From: an uncultured Planctomycetota bacterium
GTDB taxonomy: Bacteria > Planctomycetota > Planctomycetia > Isosphaerales > Isosphaeraceae
Assembly (NCBI GenBank): GCA_963823665.1
Contig: CAWGMQ010000008.1
Coordinates: 1,536,001-1,600,000 of the forward strand
Direction of reading: 5' to 3'
Length of the DNA: 64,000 nucleotides
Part shown: positions 19,275 to 28,701 of the stretch, in pieces
Position numbering within the stretch: position 1 is the stretch's first letter
Layout of the letters: each line of letters starts with the position of its first letter
Position numbers and translations under genes: made by a program
Notes under the pieces: generated by a model
What the model was told of the DNA's origin: nothing
The model's input: only the letters and a program-made list of their open reading frames with translations
The model's database searches: none

Positions 19275-19928
19275 ATGAATACCGCACACGGGATCCCAGC
19301 ATGCCCCTTTTGCCTGTACATCATTAAGGGGCCCGTGACGGTGTTGTCGGAAGACAGCACCTGTGTCGTCCAACGAGGGTCGCACTTCGCCCTGATACCC
19401 GACGACGCGCCCGTCGTTCCCTTTCACCTCTTGGTGGTTAGTTGTAAACACTCGTGCAGGAGCATAATGGCGAAGCAAGACCAAGGGGGCGAACTCGCGG
19501 ATATGAAGGAGGCCGTCAGGCTTTTTAATCGCCGGACGACCGGGTTCGAGACAATGTTCTTTGAGCATGGCAGTTGCGTGGAAGAGAGCGGCTCTTCGTG
19601 TCTGGTTCATGGGCACCTCCACGCGGTGCCGCTCTCACAAGAACATCGCACAGCAGTCTTCCGCGAAGTATTGCGCCTCTTGGGCTGCCCTGACGCCGCG
19701 CAGATAGAGTCCTCGGCTTACCTTTACGCTGAATTCGTTGAAGGTCAAGGTCTGTACTGGTCAGACGTATTGAAAAGGCGACAGTTTTTCCGACTCCTTA
19801 TTGCGCAAGCGACGGGCAATGCAGATCGCGCCAGATGGCAGACTTGTTTGTCCAACGAGAGGCTGTCTGAAGCGGGCGCACGATGGAAGAATGAGTGTGT
19901 AAAGGCTTGGAGAGACGGCGCGAGCTAG
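19275..19928 (+). CDS. HIT-like (histidine triad) nucleotide hydrolase/transferase
   Basis: N-terminal CPFC, PVVPFHLLVVS..H, FFEHG, HGHLHAVP triad. Confidence 0.8.
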   Translation: MNTAHGIPACPFCLYIIKGPVTVLSEDSTCVVQRGSHFALIPDDAPVVPFHLLVVSCKHSCRSIMAKQDQGGELADMKEAVRLFNRRTTGFETMFFEHGSCVEESGSSCLVHGHLHAVPLSQEHRTAVFREVLRLLGCPDAAQIESSAYLYAEFVEGQGLYWSDVLKRRQFFRLLIAQATGNADRARWQTCLSNERLSEAGARWKNECVKAWRDGAS

Positions 19929-20080
19929 GGCAGATCTCGACTCGGCGCTCGACGAGCGCTGCGAACGATCAGGGGCGTCGCAATCCGCACGGGTCGCGCT
20001 ATAGAACTTGGCCCTCGTTAGTCACTCGTGAGTTGTGCCTGCGATGCACTCTGCCTGATTAACCCCGGTGTTCTCAGAAC

Positions 20081-21349
20081 ATGACGTTTCCAACGGGGTT
20101 CGCGGTTGATTATGACGGGAATGGGATCCCACGGAAACTTCCGTTGATCGAGTTTCTGGCGCGATCCCTCGGCACGACGGTCAGCCGACCACTCCGTGAC
20201 TTCCTCTTCCTCGGAGTGCAACACCTCACCGGCTCCGCCGTGCCACTCTTCCACGCACTCGCCGATGCCGGCATCCCGTACCATCGAATGTTCCTCGTCG
20301 GTAAAGCATACTCTTCCCACCCGAAAGTAATATCGTGTTTGACCGGGCTCGGTTGTCGGCTATCGAACGACGCTACGATGCTCTCGCCCTCAAACCCGTA
20401 CGAGGACGAGATCGAGTCCGAGATCGAACGGCAATTGACAAAAGTGTCGGGACTCTTGGACCGGTCGGCCGATATTTCCGCTCTGGTATTCGACGAGGGG
20501 GGCAAGGCGGTACGCGCCATTCATCAGACGTTCCGCGGCCAGGCACGACGGTTTCACTGCGTTGAACAGACGACGCGGGGCCTGCGTGAATTTACGGGCG
20601 GGTCATTGCTTTGCCCGGTCATCAACGTGGCTCGTAGCAACGCGAAGATGGAAATCGAAGCGCCGATCATCGCCAGGTCGATGGTCGCGGCGTTGGAGGA
20701 GGCCCGTTCTGAATGGCGGCCGATTTACGACGCTCCACTCAACGACGCCCTGGTGATCGGTTACGGAGTCGTTGGGCGAAACCTCGTGAAAGAACTCCTT
20801 TCGCGCGGCTACCGGGTGCGAGTATTCGAGAAAGCGGAATATGTTCTCGACTCTCTCCCTTCGGGGGAAAAGGCGTCCCGGGTGGAGAAACTCGAAAGTG
20901 AGCTTTCCGAAGTACCAATCGTAATGGGATGCACGGGTGGCCTATGCTTATCAGACGCCGCCTTTTGCGCATTACGTGACGGCGCGCTTCTTGTTAACTG
21001 CGCTTCCTCCGACCTTGAGTTCGCGGCGTGGAGGTTCCGGACGATCGGTAGGGTGATCCACACGCGTTCGACTTCCGGAGATCACGAGTTGCAACCTTGG
21101 AAGAATCTGTACTCTGTGCAGAGCGGCCTGCGGACGTTTTACCTCGCCAACGGTGGATTTCCTATCAATTTCTCGGGTAAGCTCGACCCAATTGCTCCAG
21201 AGGAAATCCAGTTAACGCGGGCATTGATGTATTCGGCGGGCCTTCAGGCCGTCGCAACGCAAGAGGCCGGACTGTTGCCGCTTTCAGAAGGAGCCCAGGT
21301 TATGATCAGTGAATGGATCCGCGGCCGGGAAGCGCACGAACACCACTAA
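20081..21349 (+). CDS. Divergent S-adenosylhomocysteine-hydrolase (AhcY)-fold NAD-dependent enzyme
   Basis: VQHLT, FDEGG, VEQTTRG, PVINVARSNAK, VIGYGVVG (NAD), NCASSDLE, NGGFPINF align in order with AhcY motifs. Confidence 0.8.
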   Translation: MTFPTGFAVDYDGNGIPRKLPLIEFLARSLGTTVSRPLRDFLFLGVQHLTGSAVPLFHALADAGIPYHRMFLVGKAYSSHPKVISCLTGLGCRLSNDATMLSPSNPYEDEIESEIERQLTKVSGLLDRSADISALVFDEGGKAVRAIHQTFRGQARRFHCVEQTTRGLREFTGGSLLCPVINVARSNAKMEIEAPIIARSMVAALEEARSEWRPIYDAPLNDALVIGYGVVGRNLVKELLSRGYRVRVFEKAEYVLDSLPSGEKASRVEKLESELSEVPIVMGCTGGLCLSDAAFCALRDGALLVNCASSDLEFAAWRFRTIGRVIHTRSTSGDHELQPWKNLYSVQSGLRTFYLANGGFPINFSGKLDPIAPEEIQLTRALMYSAGLQAVATQEAGLLPLSEGAQVMISEWIRGREAHEHH

Positions 21350-21400
21350 TGCTCTCGGGGAGGTTTTGCCCGGAAACTCACTCCCGCGGAGAACCGAGCG

Positions 21401-24400
21401 TTGCAGCGTGTTACGATACTCTTCCTGGCAGCGAACCCGTCGGACGAGGCGCGCCTGCAGTTCGACAAGGAGCGACGCGCGATCGAGGATGAGATCCGAA
21501 AGAGCGTTTACCGTGACTGGTTCAAGCTCCCACTGTCTTACGAGCCAAACATCAATTCCGACCGCCTTATTGAGGCGTTCAGGCAGCACAAGCCTCAAAT
21601 CGTTCATTTCGCTGGCCATGGCACGAGTTCGAGCGAGATTATCCTTCAGAACGCCGCTGGGACGTCCCGGCGTGTCCAGTCCGACCAGTTGGAGGAACTA
21701 TTCCGCCTCCACGGACAAGGTGTCAAGCTCGTCGTGCTTAACGCCTGCTATTCCAGTTCCCAAGCTAAGGCCATCACACGCCACGTCCCCTGCGCAGTCG
21801 GGATGCAGCGTGCCATCCCTGACGCGACGGCCGTCGCCGTAGCCGTGACCATGTACCAAGGTTTGGCAAACGGCGAATCAGTCCAAAATGTTTTCGATAC
21901 CGCTCAACTCCAGTTGAAGCTTCAAGATCCTGATTCGGATGGCGCAAATCGCGACCTCATTCGGCTGGGTGGAAGGGCTGTTGAGTCCGAGAAGCTCCTG
22001 GTACTTCATGTCAGAGCCGGGACCGATGCGCACCGCATGTTTGTTGTCAAGTCGGTCGTTGCCGTGGTGGACGGAAAACGCGAACCTCGCCGTGAGGATG
22101 GCGGATCGGTAAGCGAAGACGCACGTGATGCAGCGATGGGCGCTGCGGAAACTTCTTCCAGCCCCGCAGCCAGGGCAGGAGAATCTTGCCAACTCGCGGG
22201 GGTGTCAACCGGCAAAAACCGGTTCGAAGCCGACAGGCGGACGACACCCCGGGAGGACTGTGACGAGATCGTCGACGTCTCGATCTTCTTCGGCCGGACG
22301 CGCGAGCTGAAGGAACTTTGCCGGGCTGTGCGCAAGCGGCGAGTTCGAGTGATCGCGATTCTAGGGTTCGGAGGGATCGGAAAGACCGCGCTTTCAGAAA
22401 AGTTGGTGGAGCGTGTAAAGCCGGGATTCCAGTTCCTCTTCAGGAGGAGCCTGAAAGACGCTCCACCAATCGAGCAATTGCTGGCGGATTGCATTCGGTT
22501 CGTGTCGGGCGAGCCTGACATCGCGGTTCCGAGAGACGTGAACGGGTTAATCGGCATGCTGATCAAGTACTTGGGCCAGCATTCCTGCCTGATCGTCTTG
22601 GACAACGCTGAATCGATCCTCCAGACGGGCCGTCGTGTGGGAACATACAGGGACGGCTACGAAGGCTACGGGGTTTTGATGCGCAAGGTTGGAGAAACGG
22701 TCCATCGGAGCTGTTTACTGATCACTAGCCGAGAGAAACCCGAGGAAATCGCCACGCTTGAGGGCGTCGGATCCTCGGTCTTTTCACTGAATCTGGACGG
22801 TCTCGGAATGCGGGATGCGATCACGCTCCTGAAGCGGAAGGGACTCTCCGCCCCACGGGGTGAGTTGGAGACCGTGGTCGGCCGGTACAAGGGGAACGCG
22901 CTTGCGCTCATGATCGCCGCGAGCTACATCCAGGATACCCCGGGGGGGAGTGTCGCATCGTTCCTACGAGAAAACGTCTCCGTCGTCGGGGACATCCGCG
23001 AATTGGTGTGCCAGCAGATTGAGCGGGTTGCGCCACTCGAGCGCACGGTTGTGTTCTGGCTGGCGATCAACCGCGAACCCACATCCCTCGATGAGCTTCG
23101 GTCCGACCTTAACGATGTTCTGAGGTCGGGGGCACTGGTCGACGCTCTACACTCGCTCAATCGACGTTCATTGATCATGCCGACCGCTTCCAAATTCACC
23201 CTGCAACCGGCCGTCATGGAGTTTGTCATCGAGATGCTTATTGAGCGGGTCTGCGAGGAGGTGACCGGAGGCGCTGGCGATCTCCTCGAGACGCACGCTT
23301 TGATGAAAGCTCAAGCAAGCGACTATATCCGAGAGAGCCAGGTGCGTCTGATAGTGAGGCCCCTGGAACAATGCCTGTCATCCAAAGGAAGATCCCGGAT
23401 TCCAGCACTGGTCAAGACACGGCTTCAAGTCCTACGCGAAACCCAGCGGGACGGCTTCGGCGCCGGAAATCTCCTGAACCTGCTCGTACAGGTGAATGCC
23501 GACCTCACGGGTTTTGACTTCTCGCACCTTACAATCAAACAGGCCTTCCTCCAGGGAGTCTCCCTCAACGACACAAACTTCGCGCACGCACGCTTTGAAA
23601 AATCCGTCTTCACCGACACCTTCGGGAGCGTTACATGCGTGCGATTCAGCCCGGACGGGAGCGTAGTCGCGACGGCCTGCGGTGATGGTACGATCCGCTT
23701 CTGGGGCGACGACGGCACCCACCTCCGCGTCATACTGGCCCATAGCGACTGGGTGCGCTCGGTCGCCTTCCACCCGGAGGGCGCCATCCTGGCAAGCGCG
23801 AGTGACGATAGGACCATCAGGTTGTGCCGGGTTGATACCGGGGAGTTGATAAGAGAGTTGCGCGGGCACAGCGACCGCGTCTTCGCGGTAGCCTATTCGC
23901 CGGATGGCGACCTGCTCGCGTCTGGAGGAGGGGACGGTGTCGTCCGAATTTGGCGGTCGGTGTCCGGAGAGTCGCTTGCGGCCCTGCAAGGGCATGTCAG
24001 AGCGGTGCGTGCCGTGGACTTCAGCAGGGTTAGCGACAAGCTGGTAAGCGCCGGCGAAGACGGAGTAGTTATCGTGTGGGAGCTGACCACTCACAGCAAA
24101 TTGGCGACATACAAACAACATTCCGGTCAAGTGAGCGCGGTCGCCTTCAGTCACGACGGGCGGTTTATCGCAAGCGGCGGCCAGGATCGAGTCGTGAGGA
24201 TTTGGAACTCGGAAAGCGGGGAAACCGTGGCGGAATTGCGCGGACACACCGACGCCATCCTGAGCCTTGCCTTCCGCGGAGATACCCTGGAACTCGCCAG
24301 TGCGGGCATCGACCGCCTCGTCAGGATCTGGGACGGCGCCGAGCGGAGCGCCCCCAAGAGCCAGGGAATTCTGAGGAAAGCCTTGGAGGGCCACATGAAT

Positions 24401-25504
24401 TGGGTGAATACTGTCACATACAACCGGACGGCAGACGCGCTCGCCAGCGGCGGCGCCGACCAAACAGTGCGGATATGGAACGCAGATTCGGGCAACCGCC
24501 TGAGGACGCTGCAGGGGTACGGGAGCCCGGTGTGGTCTCTCGCCCTGAACAGCAGCGACGCAGTGCTTGCGAGCGGCCACGGTGATAACACCATAAGGCT
24601 CTGGCAGTTCGACTCTCGCACGTGCTGCCGGATTCTCCGGGGACATTCCAACTGGGTCTGGGCCGTCACATTTTGCGACGACCAACTGCTGGCGAGCGCG
24701 AGTGGTGACGGGACTGTACGCTTGTGGGATATCGGGACTGGTAGGTGCATCCGGCAGCTGCTCGGACATTTCTCCGGCGTACGCGGCCTCGCTGTTTCGC
24801 CAGACGGCGCCCGCCTCGCGAGCTGCAGCCACGACCAGACAATCCGCATTTGGGATCTTCGGACGGCCGCGTGCGTGCGCGTGCTCGAAGGGCACACGAA
24901 CCTAGTCGAATCGGTGGCGTTCCACCGAGACGGCAGCACGCTCGCTAGCGGCGGGGCCGATCAATCCGTCGTTCTCTGGAACGCCGATACCGGCGAGCGG
25001 AAATGCGTCCTTGGGCGAGACCTCGGCAGGATTCGGCTCACGAAATTCAGTCCTGACGGCGTGGGAGTGGCTGCTTGTAGCGACGACACAACGGTTCGTA
25101 TCTGGGATATTCGAACGAACGAGTGTGTTGCACTCTTGCGGGGTCATAGCGATCGCGTCACTTCCCTCGACTACAGCCCAGACGGCAAATTCTTGGTCAC
25201 GTGTGGTGTCGACTGTACTGTGCGGCTCTGGAGGACCGCCACCAGCGAATGCGTCGCTATCCTTTACAGCCATCTGGCCCACGTCCGGACGGTCATCTTC
25301 GACCATGCCGGTCGGTCGGTCGCCAGCGGGGGGCTCGACGAGTCGATCAAAATCGTCAAGATTCTAACATCAGAATTACCAGTCACGATAAGAATAGAAA
25401 AACCATATCATAATATGAATATTACTAATGTTCGTGGCTTAACAGAGGCACAGACGATGGCCCTGAAATCGCTCGGCGCGATCGACGATCGCTCGCCCGC
25501 CTAG
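21401..25504 (+). CDS. CHAT (caspase-like) - NB-ARC STAND NTPase - pentapeptide - 14x WD40 protein
   Basis: ILFLAANP, VHFAGHG and VVLNACYS dyad; Walker A GFGGIGKT, Walker B LIVLDNAE, LLITSRE; 14 WD40 repeats counted; tail KPYHNMNITNVRGLTEAQ...LGA. Confidence 0.95.
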   Translation: MQRVTILFLAANPSDEARLQFDKERRAIEDEIRKSVYRDWFKLPLSYEPNINSDRLIEAFRQHKPQIVHFAGHGTSSSEIILQNAAGTSRRVQSDQLEELFRLHGQGVKLVVLNACYSSSQAKAITRHVPCAVGMQRAIPDATAVAVAVTMYQGLANGESVQNVFDTAQLQLKLQDPDSDGANRDLIRLGGRAVESEKLLVLHVRAGTDAHRMFVVKSVVAVVDGKREPRREDGGSVSEDARDAAMGAAETSSSPAARAGESCQLAGVSTGKNRFEADRRTTPREDCDEIVDVSIFFGRTRELKELCRAVRKRRVRVIAILGFGGIGKTALSEKLVERVKPGFQFLFRRSLKDAPPIEQLLADCIRFVSGEPDIAVPRDVNGLIGMLIKYLGQHSCLIVLDNAESILQTGRRVGTYRDGYEGYGVLMRKVGETVHRSCLLITSREKPEEIATLEGVGSSVFSLNLDGLGMRDAITLLKRKGLSAPRGELETVVGRYKGNALALMIAASYIQDTPGGSVASFLRENVSVVGDIRELVCQQIERVAPLERTVVFWLAINREPTSLDELRSDLNDVLRSGALVDALHSLNRRSLIMPTASKFTLQPAVMEFVIEMLIERVCEEVTGGAGDLLETHALMKAQASDYIRESQVRLIVRPLEQCLSSKGRSRIPALVKTRLQVLRETQRDGFGAGNLLNLLVQVNADLTGFDFSHLTIKQAFLQGVSLNDTNFAHARFEKSVFTDTFGSVTCVRFSPDGSVVATACGDGTIRFWGDDGTHLRVILAHSDWVRSVAFHPEGAILASASDDRTIRLCRVDTGELIRELRGHSDRVFAVAYSPDGDLLASGGGDGVVRIWRSVSGESLAALQGHVRAVRAVDFSRVSDKLVSAGEDGVVIVWELTTHSKLATYKQHSGQVSAVAFSHDGRFIASGGQDRVVRIWNSESGETVAELRGHTDAILSLAFRGDTLELASAGIDRLVRIWDGAERSAPKSQGILRKALEGHMNWVNTVTYNRTADALASGGADQTVRIWNADSGNRLRTLQGYGSPVWSLALNSSDAVLASGHGDNTIRLWQFDSRTCCRILRGHSNWVWAVTFCDDQLLASASGDGTVRLWDIGTGRCIRQLLGHFSGVRGLAVSPDGARLASCSHDQTIRIWDLRTAACVRVLEGHTNLVESVAFHRDGSTLASGGADQSVVLWNADTGERKCVLGRDLGRIRLTKFSPDGVGVAACSDDTTVRIWDIRTNECVALLRGHSDRVTSLDYSPDGKFLVTCGVDCTVRLWRTATSECVAILYSHLAHVRTVIFDHAGRSVASGGLDESIKIVKILTSELPVTIRIEKPYHNMNITNVRGLTEAQTMALKSLGAIDDRSPA

Positions 25505-25526
25505 GCACGAGAACCGAGGTAACACC

Positions 25527-26234
25527 GTGAAAAGAGTTGGTCCGCGAGCACGCATCGAATGTGTTGTCGTCGATCTCGACGGTACGATTTTGGACCGCCC
25601 GGCCTCTCTTCCGGGCGAGGCCAATTCCGCGGCGTTGAGCTCTCTCTTATCGAAGGACGAGTGCCTTCACGACCTGAGCGAGCTCATGCGAAAAGTATCG
25701 ACAGCCGTGACAGTGGGAAAGGGAATTCTGGCTTCCAAGACCTGCCAATTCGAGACGCTCCTCGACCATCTAGGTCGGAACGACCGCGGTCTGGCAGACC
25801 GCCTGTTCAATCAGTATATGCAAGTTTACCTCTCGCGCTGCCAACTGTACCCCGAGGTCAAATCGGTACTCGAAGCGCTCGACGCGCGCGGCGTTCGCGT
25901 CGGACTCATCACGAATAGCCCCGACGACATCGTCACCGAACTCTTGCGGCACTTTCATGTCGATCGACATTTTGATTTCATCGTCGCTGCGTCCCTAATT
26001 CGGCATCCCAAGCCGTCACAGGCGTTCACTCGCGCCCTAGGTGAACTGGCCGGTGTGCCCCCGAACGTTCTCGTCCTTGCTGGCGATGGCGACGAAGATG
26101 AGGCCACAGCCGCGGCGATGGGAGCGATCTTTTATCGCGTGGTTAGGGGCCGTAACCAGCCATCATCAGCCGCTCCTTTTCAAGTGGCCGACCTCGCGCA
26201 GCTGTTCGACACGTGCTTCCCGAACGGTGTCTGA
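25527..26234 (+). CDS. HAD-superfamily phosphatase (subfamily IA)
   Basis: VVDLDGT, ITNS, HPKP, AGDGDED motifs I-IV; RBS GAGG. Confidence 0.9.
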   Translation: MKRVGPRARIECVVVDLDGTILDRPASLPGEANSAALSSLLSKDECLHDLSELMRKVSTAVTVGKGILASKTCQFETLLDHLGRNDRGLADRLFNQYMQVYLSRCQLYPEVKSVLEALDARGVRVGLITNSPDDIVTELLRHFHVDRHFDFIVAASLIRHPKPSQAFTRALGELAGVPPNVLVLAGDGDEDEATAAAMGAIFYRVVRGRNQPSSAAPFQVADLAQLFDTCFPNGV

Positions 26235-26412
26235 CCCCCACAGAGGCCGCACCCCGAGTCCCTGAGCCGCTCTTCGCTCGACGTAGCGCACCCAAGACCG
26301 ACGCCGCAAAAAAACCTCGCATCTCGTGCTAGGTTTCTGGCCGCGCTCGGCTACTCATTGGTGACCGAACGAGAAGCTGAATCATTCACCCGTTACGACG
26401 GGAGACGATCAC

Positions 26413-27442
26413 ATGAATCCGCGGAAAGCGCGCCATTCGCACCGGAACCCTCTCCTGCACCTCTGGCAGATCGCACCTTATCGTGCCGGATATCGCGAGC
26501 GCCGCTCGGCGTCCTGCAAATCAAGGCGAACGTACCCGCGACAGTTTCGGGCGTCACGATAAGCGGTGGCAAGGCGGAAATCGGCGCAGGGGTGCTGAAC
26601 AGCGGCAACGTCAACCTGTCGGGCGTGGCGGTCAGCGGCAACGTCGCCGGGATCGACGGTGGCGGTGTGTTTAATAGCGACGGCGAACTCACGATGAACC
26701 ACTGCACTATCTCTGGAAACTCGGCGCAACACGGCGGAAGTGTGTACGTCGGCAGAAGTACCGCGCTCACGGATCTCGACAACAGCACGGTCAGCGGCAA
26801 CTCTGCGTATGATGGCGGTGGCTTGTATAGCGGCGTCGGCGCTCCCCTCGCGATTTCCGATTGCACGATCAGTAGCAACACCGCCCAGAACGTGGGTGGC
26901 GCCCTCGACAACGGATGGGGGGGACCGCCTCGCTGACTGACCGCACGATCAGCGGCAACGTCGCCGACTCGGAGGGCGGCGGCTTCTACAACGGTCGTTA
27001 TACAACTCTCAGCGAGACCAACTGCACGATGAGCGGCAACTCCGCCTCCGCCAACGGAGGCGGCGCTTTGAATAACTTCTACCACGGCAAGGTGTTCCTC
27101 ACGAACACCATCGTGGCGGGTAACACCGGGCCAGGAAATGCACCGAGCGATATTACTTTTAGCCTTTTCTTAGGCAGAAGGACGCCCATCCGCGGCCAAT
27201 ACAACTTCATAGGACCGGGCGGGTCGGGCGGAATCCATGGCGGCGGCGGAAACATCATCATGACGAATCTCGCCAAACTGGACCTGGGTCCGCTGGCCAA
27301 CAATGGCGGGCCTACCCAGACAATGGCCCTGTTGCCCGGAAGTGCGGCGATCCACGCCGGCATCACGGTCACTGGTCACACCACCGACCAGCGTTTTTCA
27401 CCAATCGACTCGCCCCCCGACATTGGCGCGTATCAGACTTAG
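26413..27442 (+). pseudogene. Decayed secreted beta-helix (polymorphic-membrane-repeat) / choice-of-anchor Q protein
   Basis: SGNxA..GGG repeats; LGPLANNGGPTQTMALLPGSAAI..G, DQR, PDIGAYQ; frameshifts near 26440 and 26930; degenerate APLADRTLS export motif. Confidence 0.75.
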
Positions 27443-27676
27443 TTCGCAAGCGACGCTCAAACCCATGTCACCGCCGAGGACGGAACGACTTCCGTGGCCG
27501 ATCCAGATGGTCGTGATGGACCTCGACGGCGGCCACCGATCGAAGATCCACATGCCCGACGCGAGAATAACCGACATGCCGGACTCGCGATGATGCCGGA
27601 CCTTGGTCGATCGCACTCTCGCGTCGAGAGGCCTGACTGAAGAATGCGGAGCAGTCGCACTCTGGCTGCATCGACC

Positions 27677-27712
27677 AAAATGCCCCTGGTCCGATCTCTC
27701 GAACCAGGGGCA
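27677..27712 (-). terminator. Intrinsic terminator after slipin fragment
   Basis: TGCCCCTGGTTCGA-GAGA-TCGGACCAGGGGCA (14-bp stem with one G-U, GNRA loop) followed by TTTT on the minus strand. Confidence 0.7.
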
Positions 27713-27734
27713 CAGTCGCAATTCGCGTCTGCGG

Positions 27735-28388
27735 TCACAGAAGGTTGACGACCTTTTCGGCGAGGCCCTTGTCGCCAAGGACAATGTTGAGCTTGCCGCC
27801 GGCGGCTACCTTCTCCAAGACTTCCAGCTCACGCAGCCGCATGAGGGTTGGGCTCTCCGCCAGCAACTTGGCCGTGTTGGCCTGGCTGCGAATAGCCGCC
27901 GTCTCCTCTCGACGCGCGATCAGGTTGCTCTCGGCTGCCTTCCTGGCTTCCGTCACCTTGTTCATCAGGTCCTTGATCTCCCCGGGCAGAATCACGTCAC
28001 GAATGCCGACCGTGGCGATCGCGAGACCGAGCTCGCCGGCCCGACGCCGGAGGGTCTCCTCGATCTCGCGGGCAACGGCGTCCTTGTCCGTCAGGAGAAC
28101 GTCGAGCTCCCGTGCCCCGACCGCGGCCCGCAGAACGAGCTGTGTGTCGCGATATAGCGCCTGCCGTACGTCGTCGGTCTGGCTGATCGCCTTGCGAGCG
28201 TCGACGATCTTGTAAGTCGCCACAGCGTTCAACCGCAGTGTGACCTTGTCGGCCGTCATGATCTCCTGACCGCCGACGTCGACCATCGTCTCCCGCAAGT
28301 CGACCTCGACCACCCTGGCGTCCGCCGGGCCCTTCCAGAACGCGTATTCACCCGGCTCGAGCGTGCCAGAGTAGCGGCCGTCGATCGC
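27735..28388 (-). pseudogene. 5'-truncated slipin (SPFH/band 7) gene
   Basis: IDGRYSGTLEPGEYAFWK, GQEIMTADKVTLRLN, RDVILPGEIK, RREETAAIRSQANTAK, LMRLRELEVLE; homology starts abruptly with no start codon. Confidence 0.85.
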
Positions 28389-28508
28389 AGAAGGTGAAGC
28401 GTTCGCGGCTCACACGAGAAAGCACGGAGAAGCGCTTGAGCCGTGGTCTCCCCCGGATCCGAAGCGCGAGAAGCATGGCCTTCGTCCCAAAGCGAGCCTT
28501 GAGATCCA

Positions 28509-28625
28509 TCAGCCAGCCGCTTTGCGCTGCTTTGCCGAGCGAGCGCCGCGGCGGAACCTGCGTTCTGCAAGGTGCCTGCGCGTGCTGCCAGTAACCCCGG
28601 CGAACCAGAGTTGTGGCCGAACCAA
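28509..28625 (-). CDS. Putative 38-aa basic leader peptide (MVRPQLWFAGVTGSTRRHLAERRFRRGARSAKQRKAAG)
   Basis: Extended Shine-Dalgarno AAGGAGGTG (28634-28642) shortly upstream of TTG at 28625; lies between tRNA-like element and slipin. Confidence 0.45.
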   Translation of the reverse strand: MVRPQLWFAGVTGSTRRHLAERRFRRGARSAKQRKAAG

Positions 28626-28701
28626 CGAACGTTCACCTCCTTTGGGCTTCGTGGTCGAACAGGTCTTGCGACCGTTTCGTAGAGAGTCGATTCAGCGCCG
28701 A

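Noticed and set aside
23620..25350. WD40 array as a diversity-generating or highly identical DNA repeat region
   Set aside because: Repeats are divergent at DNA level; no reverse transcriptase or template repeat in the window
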